Positions 19,223 through 28,686 of a stretch of DNA of 64,000 nucleotides are shown piece after piece. The DNA lies in NCBI GenBank assembly GCA_963793305.1, contig CAWBZV010000002.1:608001-672000 (forward strand). The letters are read 5' to 3'. Under the pieces are notes generated by a model. The model did not search any database. It saw only the letters and a program-made list of their open reading frames with translations, and had not been told where the DNA came from. Source of the DNA: an uncultured Gemmatimonadales bacterium. GTDB taxonomy: Bacteria > Gemmatimonadota > Gemmatimonadetes > Gemmatimonadales > Gemmatimonadaceae. Positions within the stretch are counted from its first letter, which is position 1; each line of letters opens with the position of its first letter. Position numbers and translations under genes: made by a program.

Positions 19223-20502
19223 TACAGGAAGGCTCGGACTGGAGTGGGAAAAATGGGTGGGCGTGGCGTGTCCGGCGGCCAACCGCGGAGACACTCCATG
19301 ATAGGGCCGCAGACACGGCCTTGGCATGGGCCCATCCCGATCCTCGTGTAAAGCTTCGCCTGGCGCTGCGTCCAGGCAGGATCGAGCGCGCCGTACGGGA
19401 CGCCCTCGCAACGGCAGACGATGGTCTCCGCTTCCGCGAGCGCGCGGACTTCGGGGCGGATCGCGAAGGCTGCGTCCAGACGTTGCGCGAACGCGTGGTG
19501 GCGCGAGCGAGCCTCACCGAGGACCGCGTCCGGCGCGACTCCGGCTGCCGCGCACCCGGCAATCGCGCCCTCGACGAGCGCGGCGTCTACGCCACTGATC
19601 CCGGTCGGCTCACCCGCGCAGAAGATGCCCGGCACACTGGTCGCCTGACGTTCATCGACATCCACCGCGCCGTCGCGAATCGCGCATCCCGCGAGCCGCG
19701 CCAACTCGGTCGATGGCACCAACCCGTAGCCGGTGCACAACACGTTGCAGGTCACGCGCTGCCCGTCGGACAGCATGACGTTGAGACCCGATGGAGATAC
19801 CGAGACCTGCGTGGCCCATGTGCCGGACCGAAATGGGGCGCCGACGAACGCCGAGCGATAGGCGATTGCGTCGAGTATCCGGCCGGGCGTTCGCCACAGT
19901 CCCGCGGCGAATCGAGCCATGCGCCGCGCCGAAGCCTGTTCGGCCACCAGGACAATGCGCGCCCCCGCCCGCGCCAAGGCCGCGGCCACCGTGAGCATGA
20001 GCGGCCCCGAACCCGCAAGGACGACTCGTCGTCCGGCGAAATCAGCCGCTCCGTTCTTGAGCAGCGCCTGTGCACCGCCGATGCCAATGACGCCCGGCAA
20101 CGTCCACCCGGGAAACGGTAGATACCGCTCACGGGCGCCCGTCGCCAGCACAACCGTCCGACCACCGAACAGCGAGGAGTCGACTACTTCGCCGCCCGGC
20201 ACGAACTCGGCGCCACATCGATCGAATCGCTCGAGCCAACGCACGGCAACGCGGGGCAACGTGCGGCGATCTCGGTGCCGCCAGATCTGCCCTCCCGGCC
20301 GCTGCGCCGAGTCGAGCACCACGACGCGCCGGCCCGCCTCGGCCGCATGCACCGCCGCGGCAATGCCCGCGGGACCGGCGCCGACGATCATCACGTCGGC
20401 CGGATGCCCGGCACCCACCCACGAGGGTATGCGCTCCATGCACGCACGCCGCGGCACGCATTGGAAACACGTTCCCATACCACAGAGTGCGCCATCGATC
20501 AT
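19222..20502 (-). CDS. FAD/NAD oxidoreductase (D-hydroxyproline dehydrogenase alpha-like) with an N-terminal minimal 2Fe-2S motif
   Basis: CGMGTCFQC..RAC; GAGPAG; LATGARE..PFPGWTLPGV; C-terminal CRCE...GMGPCQGRVC. Confidence 0.85.
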   Translation of the reverse strand: MIDGALCGMGTCFQCVPRRACMERIPSWVGAGHPADVMIVGAGPAGIAAAVHAAEAGRRVVVLDSAQRPGGQIWRHRDRRTLPRVAVRWLERFDRCGAEFVPGGEVVDSSLFGGRTVVLATGARERYLPFPGWTLPGVIGIGGAQALLKNGAADFAGRRVVLAGSGPLMLTVAAALARAGARIVLVAEQASARRMARFAAGLWRTPGRILDAIAYRSAFVGAPFRSGTWATQVSVSPSGLNVMLSDGQRVTCNVLCTGYGLVPSTELARLAGCAIRDGAVDVDERQATSVPGIFCAGEPTGISGVDAALVEGAIAGCAAAGVAPDAVLGEARSRHHAFAQRLDAAFAIRPEVRALAEAETIVCRCEGVPYGALDPAWTQRQAKLYTRIGMGPCQGRVCGPIMECLRGWPPDTPRPPIFPTPVRAFL

Positions 20503-21494
20503 ATGCGAGCCGGCGAGTACGGCGCGGGATCGATCGCCGTCGGCCGGCCCAGAATCAGGTCGGTCAAGAGACGACCCGTGCCGAGCGCCATGGTAATGCC
20601 GAGCCCTTCATGTCCGGCCGCGATCCACAGACCGGGCGTAGCCGGCCAAGCGCCAATGTAAGGCCGATGATCCGGCGTCGCCGGACGAAAGCCCGTCCAT
20701 ACGCGAAGGGCGGTGACGTCAGAGAGCGCCGGCATGAATTCCACCGCGCGCCGCACCATGCGACCGAGGATCTCGCGATTGATCGACGCATCCCATCCCA
20801 CCAACTCTCGCGATGATCCGATCAAGACCTGACCCGTCGAGCGCGGCTGCACGTTGAACGCCACGCACGCATCGCCCAACGTCTTCGCGCTTTGAACGTA
20901 TCCGAGCTCGGCCACTTGATGCCGGCACAACCCCGGCACACGATCGGTGATGAGCAAGTGGCCTTTGCGCGGGATGATCGGCAGGCCTGGTGTCAGCGTC
21001 GGGGCCCACGCACCGGCGGCATTCACGATCACATCGGCCTTCAGCCCATCAAGACGATCAACACGCGTGTGTTCTTTTACACGTAACCCGGCCAACAACC
21101 AACGCGTGAGCGCCGGTTGATACACGACGCCGTCAGTAGGCACGAGCACCGCGCCGGCGAGCCCCGGACGCAATGCGGGCTCTGCCTCGCGCAATGCTTT
21201 TTCATCGAGTAACTCGCCGCCGGTCATCGATAACTGGTCCGGCGTCTCGGCCACCCAGAGCGTGCCGCAGCGGTCCAAGCCGACATCAGGCGGAGAAAGC
21301 GACCATAACAACTTCTGTGAGTAGGCGGACAACGGATCATCATCAAAGACGACAACGTGTCCCATGCCCGCGGCGGTCGTCCCCGCGCCGGCGAACTCGG
21401 CCTCGAGCACGGTAACCGACAGGCCTTCCTGCGCGAGATAGTACGCGCACGCGGCGCCAATGATGCCCGCGCCAACGACGATGACGTCCGTCAC
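20499..21494 (-). CDS. D-amino-acid oxidase family protein (D-hydroxyproline dehydrogenase beta-like)
   Basis: GAGIIG, WTGFRPATPD and GHEGLGIT motifs. Confidence 0.88.
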   Translation of the reverse strand: MTDVIVVGAGIIGAACAYYLAQEGLSVTVLEAEFAGAGTTAAGMGHVVVFDDDPLSAYSQKLLWSLSPPDVGLDRCGTLWVAETPDQLSMTGGELLDEKALREAEPALRPGLAGAVLVPTDGVVYQPALTRWLLAGLRVKEHTRVDRLDGLKADVIVNAAGAWAPTLTPGLPIIPRKGHLLITDRVPGLCRHQVAELGYVQSAKTLGDACVAFNVQPRSTGQVLIGSSRELVGWDASINREILGRMVRRAVEFMPALSDVTALRVWTGFRPATPDHRPYIGAWPATPGLWIAAGHEGLGITMALGTGRLLTDLILGRPTAIDPAPYSPARI

Positions 21495-22420
21495 ACCTCA
21501 GGGAATCCGGCGCGAAACGGATCAGCAGTGTCGAAGCGCAACGTCGTCTCGCCCGTGACGAACGCATGCCCACGGATGAACGGGATGAGCTCCCCATCGC
21601 GTTGCTCGAGCCAACTCGTGAACCGCCCACCCGTGATGCTCTCCGGCTCGAAGACCTGACCAGGCGCGAGCAAACCCCGGGCATGAAGCGTCGCCAGCTT
21701 CGCCGAGGTACCCGTACCGCAGGGCGAGCGATCATACGCTCCGCCAGGACACATGACGAAGTTGCGCCCGTCCGGCGCCGAGAGCTCCACGTGGTCGATC
21801 TCGGCCCCATTCGCGCCCGTGATGCCCTGATCGCGCAGCGCATCCATGATGGCGATAGTGAGGCGCGATAGCTCCACCTGCCTGGCCATCGTGAGCGGCT
21901 GATCGGCCAGGTGCGTGATGAAGAACCAGTTCCCACCATACGCGATGTCGCCGACAATACGACCCAAGCCGGGCACGTGCACGGCGACATCGCATGCGTG
22001 ACACCGCGCCGCCACGTTGCGGATGGTGACGGTGCCATCGGCACCCAACTCGGCCGCCACGGTTCCCACCGGCGTGTCGAGCGTCACGGTACCAGCAGAA
22101 AGCCGGCCGAGATACTCCAGGGTGCGCACGACGCCGATCGTACCGTGACCGCACATGCCGAGATACCCGACGTTGTTGAAAAAAATGACGCCGGCAATCG
22201 AGTTGGGTTCGGTCGGGGGCGTCAACATCGCACCGACCAGCGCATCATGCCCCCGCGGCTCACAAATGACCGCCCGTCGCAGATGATCCGCATCCCGCCG
22301 CATCGATTCACGCCGCGCCGCCATCGTATCGCCGGACGGCTGTGGCCAGCCGTCGAGCACGACACGAGTCGGCTCGCCTTCAGTGTGGGAATCGATGACC
22401 CGAATGGACGCAGGGAACAT
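21491..22420 (-). CDS. 4-hydroxyproline 2-epimerase (proline racemase family)
   Basis: DSHTEGEPTR, EPRGH, MCGHG and DRSPCGTGT; both catalytic Cys present. Confidence 0.92.
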   Translation of the reverse strand: MFPASIRVIDSHTEGEPTRVVLDGWPQPSGDTMAARRESMRRDADHLRRAVICEPRGHDALVGAMLTPPTEPNSIAGVIFFNNVGYLGMCGHGTIGVVRTLEYLGRLSAGTVTLDTPVGTVAAELGADGTVTIRNVAARCHACDVAVHVPGLGRIVGDIAYGGNWFFITHLADQPLTMARQVELSRLTIAIMDALRDQGITGANGAEIDHVELSAPDGRNFVMCPGGAYDRSPCGTGTSAKLATLHARGLLAPGQVFEPESITGGRFTSWLEQRDGELIPFIRGHAFVTGETTLRFDTADPFRAGFPEV

Positions 22421-22495
22421 GAGTCGAAGTCCAAATTTGGCGGCGGGGGCCGTTTTGTCCAATCGGTCGCCTTGAGATCCGACGCATCGTGCGTC

Positions 22496-23134
22496 ATGCG
22501 ATTCGCCTTGCTCCTCTCCCTCGTCGCCACGCCCGCTTTCGTCCTGTCGCTCGATTCGACGAAGGGGCTCACGCCAATCCGCGCCACAGTCAGCGCCGTC
22601 ACCTATCACAACCGCCGCGCGGTAAAGCTGACCGACACCGGCGACGGCGGCATGGCGCTCGTCAACGACCTGGACTTCCACTCCGGTACGATCGTCGTGC
22701 ACGTCGCCGCGGTGCCGGTCCCGACAATCGACACCTCGTCCCGCGGGTTCGTAGGTCTTGCGTTCCGTAGCTCGGCCGACGGGAATCGATACGAGAACCT
22801 GTACCTGCGCATGACCAACGGCCGCGCCGACGACCAGCTCAGGCGCAACCACTCGGCGCAGTACGAATCGATTCCCGACGCTCCGTGGCACACGCTCCGC
22901 GAGAAGAGCCCCGGGAAATACGAGTCATACGTCGACCTCCGGGCCGGCGAGTGGACGACCATTCGTATCGTCGTTCACGGCAACCACGCGGAGCTCTTCG
23001 TGAACGACGCCGATCAGCCCTGCCTCGTCGTCAGCGATCTCATGCTCGGCGACACGCACGGACGGATCGCCCTATGGATCGGCCCGGGCACGATCGGCTA
23101 CTTCTCGCGCCTGACGGTCGAAGCGGCGCCCTAA
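22496..23134 (+). CDS. Secreted beta-sandwich protein (DUF1080-like)
   Basis: Signal peptide; RGFVGLAFR, RRNHSAQY and WTTIRIVV...LFVN motifs. Confidence 0.7.
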   Translation: MRFALLLSLVATPAFVLSLDSTKGLTPIRATVSAVTYHNRRAVKLTDTGDGGMALVNDLDFHSGTIVVHVAAVPVPTIDTSSRGFVGLAFRSSADGNRYENLYLRMTNGRADDQLRRNHSAQYESIPDAPWHTLREKSPGKYESYVDLRAGEWTTIRIVVHGNHAELFVNDADQPCLVVSDLMLGDTHGRIALWIGPGTIGYFSRLTVEAAP

Positions 23135-23904
23135 CGCATCGCGCTCACGACGCGCGAGGTCAGGAATGTCACGGTGTCGAAGCCGTGGGCGCGTAGGCGA
23201 GCTTCGAGTACATCGGGTTCGATACGCGTCAGCCACGGCTCACCGGCGGCCGCGGCACGCTCGGCGATCTCATCGGACTCGTCGGGCGCCTTGGGAGCCG
23301 TGAACGTAAAGACGATTTCGCTCAGGGGTGGCAGCGCGGCCACGAATGCAAACACCGCGTCGACAGCGGATTCCGTGAGATAGACCATGACGCCGAGCCA
23401 GGACACGAATGTCGCGGCGCGTGGATCGAAGCCGGAGGCCGCGAGGCCGTCCATGAGCGACGTCGTCTCGAAGTCGATCGCGACGTGCTCCACGTTCGGC
23501 GGCACAACAATGCCGGCGCCCGCCAAACGCGCTCGCTTGGCGTCGCGGCTCGCGGGATGATCGACCTCGAAGACGCGAAGGGGCGCGGCCCACGCGGGTT
23601 GCCGATACGCGAACGTGTCATATCCCGCGCCGAGGACGATGCATTGGCGGACCCCTCGGGCGACGGCCTCGGCCAGCCGATCCTCGGCGTGCCGGCTTCG
23701 CGCGACGACGTGGAGGAGAAGCCGCCGCACCGGCGGCGCGTCGAAGCGCTCCGGATTCGCCCGAATGCGATCGATGACCTCCGGCTCGAGGAGGCGCAAG
23801 ACGACCGGGTCCTCGAGGATGTGCGGAGGGCTGTCGAGCAACTGGTGCGCGGCCCGGAGCGTCGCGACGGCAAGCGCGGTCGCGCTCGCGGCGCGATCCG
23901 TCAC
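23131..23904 (-). CDS. Class I SAM methyltransferase (LCM/YktD-like)
   Basis: VLGAGYDTFAYR, FEVDHP and WLGVMVYL motifs; GTGA overlap with the upstream gene. Confidence 0.9.
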   Translation of the reverse strand: MTDRAASATALAVATLRAAHQLLDSPPHILEDPVVLRLLEPEVIDRIRANPERFDAPPVRRLLLHVVARSRHAEDRLAEAVARGVRQCIVLGAGYDTFAYRQPAWAAPLRVFEVDHPASRDAKRARLAGAGIVVPPNVEHVAIDFETTSLMDGLAASGFDPRAATFVSWLGVMVYLTESAVDAVFAFVAALPPLSEIVFTFTAPKAPDESDEIAERAAAAGEPWLTRIEPDVLEARLRAHGFDTVTFLTSRVVSAMR

Positions 23905-24152
23905 GGCAGCGGCAGCGCCTGCCGGTCGACGAGAGTCTTCGTCAGAAGCTGCTGCGCGTCCGTCATGCGGCTGAGCTCCGCGGTGACGTCGTCGAGCGCA
24001 ACTTCGACGCGCGCGAGCCGGTTCTCGAAACTGGCGACCGTCGCCGCCGCCACATTCTTGCGTCCGTTGAGCCACAGCCGAACGAGGGTTATCAACGTCG
24101 CGCCGCCGATCGCCATCGACAAGACAGCGACGATCGCATCATTCTGATCCAC
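23901..24152 (-). CDS. TM + coiled-coil array protein, copy 6
   Basis: FENRLARVEVALDDVTAELSRMTDAQQLL; GGAGGT SD before the GTG. Confidence 0.85.
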   Translation of the reverse strand: MDQNDAIVAVLSMAIGGATLITLVRLWLNGRKNVAAATVASFENRLARVEVALDDVTAELSRMTDAQQLLTKTLVDRQALPLP

Positions 24153-24402
24153 GCGACACCTCCGCCGGCAACCCACGTTGAGTGAGCGCCGCCGTCAAGA
24201 ACCGGTGCGACTCGGTCATCCGGCCGATCTCGGCCGACATATCATCGATCGCGACTTCCAGGCGCGCGAGGCGCATCTCGACGTCACCCGACGGCTTGGC
24301 TTTGACAAGGCGTGACTTGTACCAGTAATGCGCGACGCCGACGACCATTCCCGACAGTGACATGAAGACAAAGACCGCGGCAACGGCGTCAGGCCCCCCC
24401 AT
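24139..24402 (-). CDS. TM + coiled-coil array protein, copy 5
   Basis: VEMRLARLEVAIDDMSAEIGRMTESHRFL. Confidence 0.85.
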   Translation of the reverse strand: MGGPDAVAAVFVFMSLSGMVVGVAHYWYKSRLVKAKPSGDVEMRLARLEVAIDDMSAEIGRMTESHRFLTAALTQRGLPAEVSRGSE

Positions 24403-24655
24403 GCGCGGCCTCCGACGATCTCTCCGCCAGAAGTTTCGTGACGAACTGCTGCCCTTCGGTCACCCGCGTCAACTCGGCGGCCATGTCGTCAATGGCAACC
24501 TCGAGCCGCGCGAGCCGCATCTCGACATCGGCCGGTGCCCTGATCCGCTCGTTCTTCAATCGCACCAACTTCGTGACGTAGTGACCGGCGCCGATCACGA
24601 CCAACGCGATCGACGCAAAGAAGACCATCCCCGCGAATGCCTCAGCGGGATTCAC
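24389..24655 (-). CDS. TM + coiled-coil array protein, copy 4
   Basis: VEMRLARLEVAIDDMAAELTRVTEGQQFV. Confidence 0.85.
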   Translation of the reverse strand: MNPAEAFAGMVFFASIALVVIGAGHYVTKLVRLKNERIRAPADVEMRLARLEVAIDDMAAELTRVTEGQQFVTKLLAERSSEAAHGGA

Positions 24656-24893
24656 GAATCATCTCCGGGGACCGGTCGGCGAGCAGTTTGTTCGTGAACT
24701 GCTGACCTTCGGTCACACGCGACAGCTCTGAGGTGAGATCGTCGATCGCGACCTCCAGCCGTGCGAGGCGCTTCTCAATACCGTCGAGCGCCTCCGGCTT
24801 GGACTGCTGCGTCCCATACTTGACGCCGACCCATATCCAGATCGTGACGGCGACGATCGAGAACACGACGATGAAGACGACTTCCGGCGGCAT
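24642..24893 (-). CDS. TM + coiled-coil array protein, copy 3
   Basis: IEKRLARLEVAIDDLTSELSRVTEGQQFT. Confidence 0.85.
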   Translation of the reverse strand: MPPEVVFIVVFSIVAVTIWIWVGVKYGTQQSKPEALDGIEKRLARLEVAIDDLTSELSRVTEGQQFTNKLLADRSPEMIRESR

Positions 24894-25168
24894 CAGCGGG
24901 ATTCCCGCGACGGCAGCGCCCCGACGGCGCCCCGCTCAGTCAAGACGTTCGTCAAGAACTGCTGCCCTTCGGTGACCCGCCCGATCGCGCCGGTGAGATC
25001 ATCGATCGCGACCTCGACCCGTGCGAGGCGCTTCTCATAGGCCTCCAGCGCGCTTGCCGAAGCGCCGCGTTTCGATACCTGCTTGACCATCTCGATAATA
25101 AACCCCATGCCACAGGCGATCGCGACAATGGCGACGACCATATCGAAGGGGTTATTGACGAAATGCAT
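24893..25168 (-). CDS. TM + coiled-coil array protein, copy 2
   Basis: YEKRLARVEVAIDDLTGAIGRVTEGQQFL; GGAGGAG SD. Confidence 0.85.
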   Translation of the reverse strand: MHFVNNPFDMVVAIVAIACGMGFIIEMVKQVSKRGASASALEAYEKRLARVEVAIDDLTGAIGRVTEGQQFLTNVLTERGAVGALPSRESR

Positions 25169-25180
25169 AGTCGCTCCTCC

Positions 25181-25444
25181 CTACGGTCCGAGGCGCCTCG
25201 AGGTTTCGGGGTCCGCCAGGACCTTCGTTAAGAACTGCTGGCCCTCGCCAATCTTGGTGATTTCGCCAGCAAGATCATCCAGTGCGACTTCAACGCGTGC
25301 CAGGCGCCGTTCCAGCGACTCCAGCGCCTCCGGTCCCGCCGAGGAACTGCGCTTGTAGCCGATCCACTTCGAGCCGATGACCAGAACGGCGATCATGCCG
25401 AACATCGAGACGGGTACGGCGACTTCCGGTCCGATATACATCAT
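25181..25444 (-). CDS. TM + coiled-coil array protein, copy 1
   Basis: LERRLARVEVALDDLAGEITKIGEGQQFL; ATGA overlap with the uvrA stop. Confidence 0.85.
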   Translation of the reverse strand: MMYIGPEVAVPVSMFGMIAVLVIGSKWIGYKRSSSAGPEALESLERRLARVEVALDDLAGEITKIGEGQQFLTKVLADPETSRRLGP

Positions 25445-28288
25445 ATCGTATCTAACGTCATCGCGAACCGCGCGGTGTCAACTGGCTTGCTCGGCCTCGG
25501 CAGGACCGTGCGAAGCCAGCGTCCGGTATGAGACGACTCGACCGCGGCCACGTCCTCGGGCCGGCCCATGGCGACGACCCGTCCACCGTGCATACCGGCC
25601 TCGGGCCCGAGGTCGATGACCCAGTCCGCCAGCTTGATCACATCCAGGTTGTGCTCGATCAGGACCAGCGTATGACCCTGATCGACCAACCGGTCCAGCA
25701 CGTTGGCCAGCCGGCGAATGTCTTCGAGGTGCAGGCCAGTCGTCGGCTCATCGAGAATGTAGAGCTTCCGCCCACCCGATCGCGCGGATGCCGCGAGCTC
25801 ACGGGCGATCTTGATCCGCTGTGCCTCGCCACCAGACAGCGTGGTGGCGGGTTGTCCCAAGTGGAGATAGCCGAGTCCGACTCGCTGCAACTGCCACAAC
25901 GTCGACGTCAGACGATCTTGACCGTGAAAGAATCGCACGGCTTCCTCGACGGTGAGGTCGAGCACCTGCGCGATGTTCTTGTTCTTGACCGTCACTTCCA
26001 GCACATCCGACCGGAATCGCCGCCCACCACACACGTCGCATGGAACGAACACGTCGGCCATGAACACCATCTCGACCTCGATATACCCCGCGCCCTCGCA
26101 GTTCTCGCATCGCCCGCCCGCGACGTTGAACGAGAATGTGCCCGGCGTATACCGCCGCTCCCGCGCCAATGCGGTGTCGGCAAAGAGACGCCGAATCTCA
26201 TCGTAGGCCTTGATGTACGTCACGGGATTGGATCGCGGAGATCTCCCGATCGGAGCCTGGTCGATCAGCACGACGTCATCGAACGACTCTGCGCCCGTTA
26301 GAGACGTATAGCTGCCGACCGGCTCACCCAAGTGGCGTTTCGCCGAGTTGTCTCCTCGCAGCCGCGTCTCCAATGCCCTGTACAACACATCGTGCACGAG
26401 CGTGCTTTTCCCCGAGCCCGACACGCCGGTGACGACCGTCAGCGCACCAATAGGGATGCGAATGTCGACGCCCTGCAAATTGTGCTGGCGTGCGCCAGTC
26501 AGGGTCAGCCACGGAGGACCGACGGGCCGTCTCTTCGGAATCGGGATCGTCCGGAGGCCGGTGAGATATTGGCCGGTCAGCGGACTCTCGCTCGCCCGGG
26601 AAATCGGGCCGGCGAAGACGATACGGCCGCCGTTATCCCCGCTGCCTGGCCCCAGCTCGATCATGTAGTCCGCATGCCGCACCGCTTCGAGATCGTGCTC
26701 GACGACCAGGACGGTATTTCCGGCATCGCGAAGCCGCATCAATAATCTCAATAACCGATCGATATCCCTCGGGTGCAGCCCGATGGATGGCTCGTCGAGC
26801 ACATACAGCGTGTCGACCAACCGTGAGCCGAGCGAGTTGGCGAGCGCGATACGTTGTGCTTCGCCGCCCGAGAGCGTTCGCGCGGCTCGATTCAATGAGA
26901 GGTAGCCGAGTCCGACGTCGACGAGAAACTGGAGCCGGTCGCGCGCCTCTCTGAGCACCGTCGTCGCGATCGTTTGCTCGAACGGCGTCAGTGGCAGGCC
27001 GTCGAGCCACGGCAACAGGACGTCGACCGGCAACTCGGCCACTTCGGCGATCGTGCGGTCGGCGATGCGCACGTGCAGCGCGGCCGGCTGCAGCTTCGCG
27101 CCGTGGCACGACGGGCAGACCCTCGCCGATTGATACTGCCGCAGAAAGACCCTGATGTATTGCTTGTAGCGCTTCGTCTCGAGGCGTTTCAAGAACGGGA
27201 AGATGCCGACGTACGGCTTCGTCTGGCCGCGGATCGGTGCGTTGAGCAGCACCTGGCGCTGCTCGGCCGTCAGATCGCGCCACGGAACGTTCAGCGGGAT
27301 CTTTTCGCGCCGCGCAAAGTCGGCGAGCGTCCGGCGCGTGCCGTCGTAGCGTGGCTTCTCCCACGGATCGATCGCGCCATCGCTCAGCGTCTTGCTCGGG
27401 TCAGGGACGATCAGCGACTCATCGTACTCCAGCACCGCGCCAAACCCGTTACAGGTCGGACAGGCGCCTCTCGGATTATTGAATGAGAAGAGCTGCGGCG
27501 TCGGCTCGGGGGCCACGGTGCCATCGTTTGGACACTCGAAGCGTTCGGTATACCGGTGCTCGACGTCGCCGACCAGGATCACGCAGTCGCCGTCACCTTC
27601 GGCGAACGCCGTTCCCACCGCATCGGCTAGGCGGGATGCGATGTCGGGGCCCATGACGAGGCGGTCGACGACCACCAGCGGGTTCACCGCCGTTGTCAGG
27701 TCGATCGCCCAGGTCTTGCAGCTCTTGCAGTTCGCGCATAGCGCCGCCCACGCTGACGCGAACGAACCCCCGCGCTTGCAGGTTCTCGACGACGACGGCG
27801 TGAGATACTTGATCGGAAACCCGGAGAGGGAAGGCGACAGCGAACCGGGTTCCCGCCGCGAAGGCCAGAACGGCGTCAGTGACCGATTGAACCGTGGAGG
27901 GCCGCAACTCGCGGCCGCACACGGAACAGAACGTGTGCCCGATGCGAGCCCACAGCAGCCGGAGATAGTCGTAGATCTCCGTGGCCGTGCCAACCGTGGA
28001 GCGCGATGTCTTGGTCGGGTTCTTTTGCTCGATCGCGACGGCTGGAGACAGGCCGTCGACGATGTCGACGTCCGGCTTCTCCATCCGCTCCAGAAACTGC
28101 CGCGCGTAGGCCGACAGCGACTCGACGTAGCGCCGCTGCCCCTCGGCGTAGATGGTATCGAACGCGAGCGACGACTTCCCCGACCCCGACGGACCCGTGA
28201 TCACGGTCAGGGCTCGGCGGGGAATGTCGAGGTCGAGATTTTTCAGGTTGTGTTGCCGCGCACCGCGAACGATCAGCCGGTCCTTCAC
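25441..28288 (-). CDS. uvrA: Excinuclease ABC subunit A (extra base near 27709)
   Basis: GARQHNLK, GSGKSSLAFDTIYAEGQRRYVES, two LSGGEAQRI signatures and Zn fingers. Confidence 0.93.
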
Positions 28289-28315
28289 ACCCGAAAGATA
28301 TCCGAAGAAGGGGGG

Positions 28316-28389
28316 TCCGGGGGGCGTAGTTGGGGTATGCCCCCCGGAGGCGAACCGACCAGTTGAGCGGCGCGAAGCGCTGCGTCAAC
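28316..28389. repeat. Two GC-rich hairpins (REP-like or terminator)
   Basis: TCCGGGGGGCGTA-N7-TATGCCCCCCGGA and GTTGAGCGGCGC-GAA-GCGCTGCGTCAAC. Confidence 0.55.
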
Positions 28390-28660
28390 GCGCCGCGGAG
28401 CGGCCGCCGCGCAGGATTCGGCCGAGGATCAACACGAGCGCGGCACCGAGCGTGGCCAGTGCGAGCGATCGCGGATCGAAATGGTCGGCCGTGACGGTGC
28501 CCCAGCCGAGTCTCGTTCCGATGTAGCCGCCAAGAAATGCCCCGATAATCCCGAGGCCGGTGGTGACGAGGCACCCGGCGGGGTCGCGGCCGGGCAAGAG
28601 AAACTTGGCCAATGCACCGGCCACGAATCCGAGGATGACCCAATGGAGCCAGAGCGGCAC
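28385..28660 (-). CDS. GlsB/YeaQ/YmgE family membrane protein
   Basis: WVILGFVAGALAKFLLPGRDPAG...LGIIGAFLGG. Confidence 0.9.
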   Translation of the reverse strand: MPLWLHWVILGFVAGALAKFLLPGRDPAGCLVTTGLGIIGAFLGGYIGTRLGWGTVTADHFDPRSLALATLGAALVLILGRILRGGRSAAR

Positions 28661-28686
28661 GTGTGCCAAAATACTAGCTTTTAGCG

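Noticed and set aside
23901..25444. The roughly 250-bp periodic repeat as a CRISPR array or integron cassette array
   Set aside because: The repeats are degenerate coding sequence, the genes mostly overlap leaving no room for attC sites, and there are no cas or intI genes
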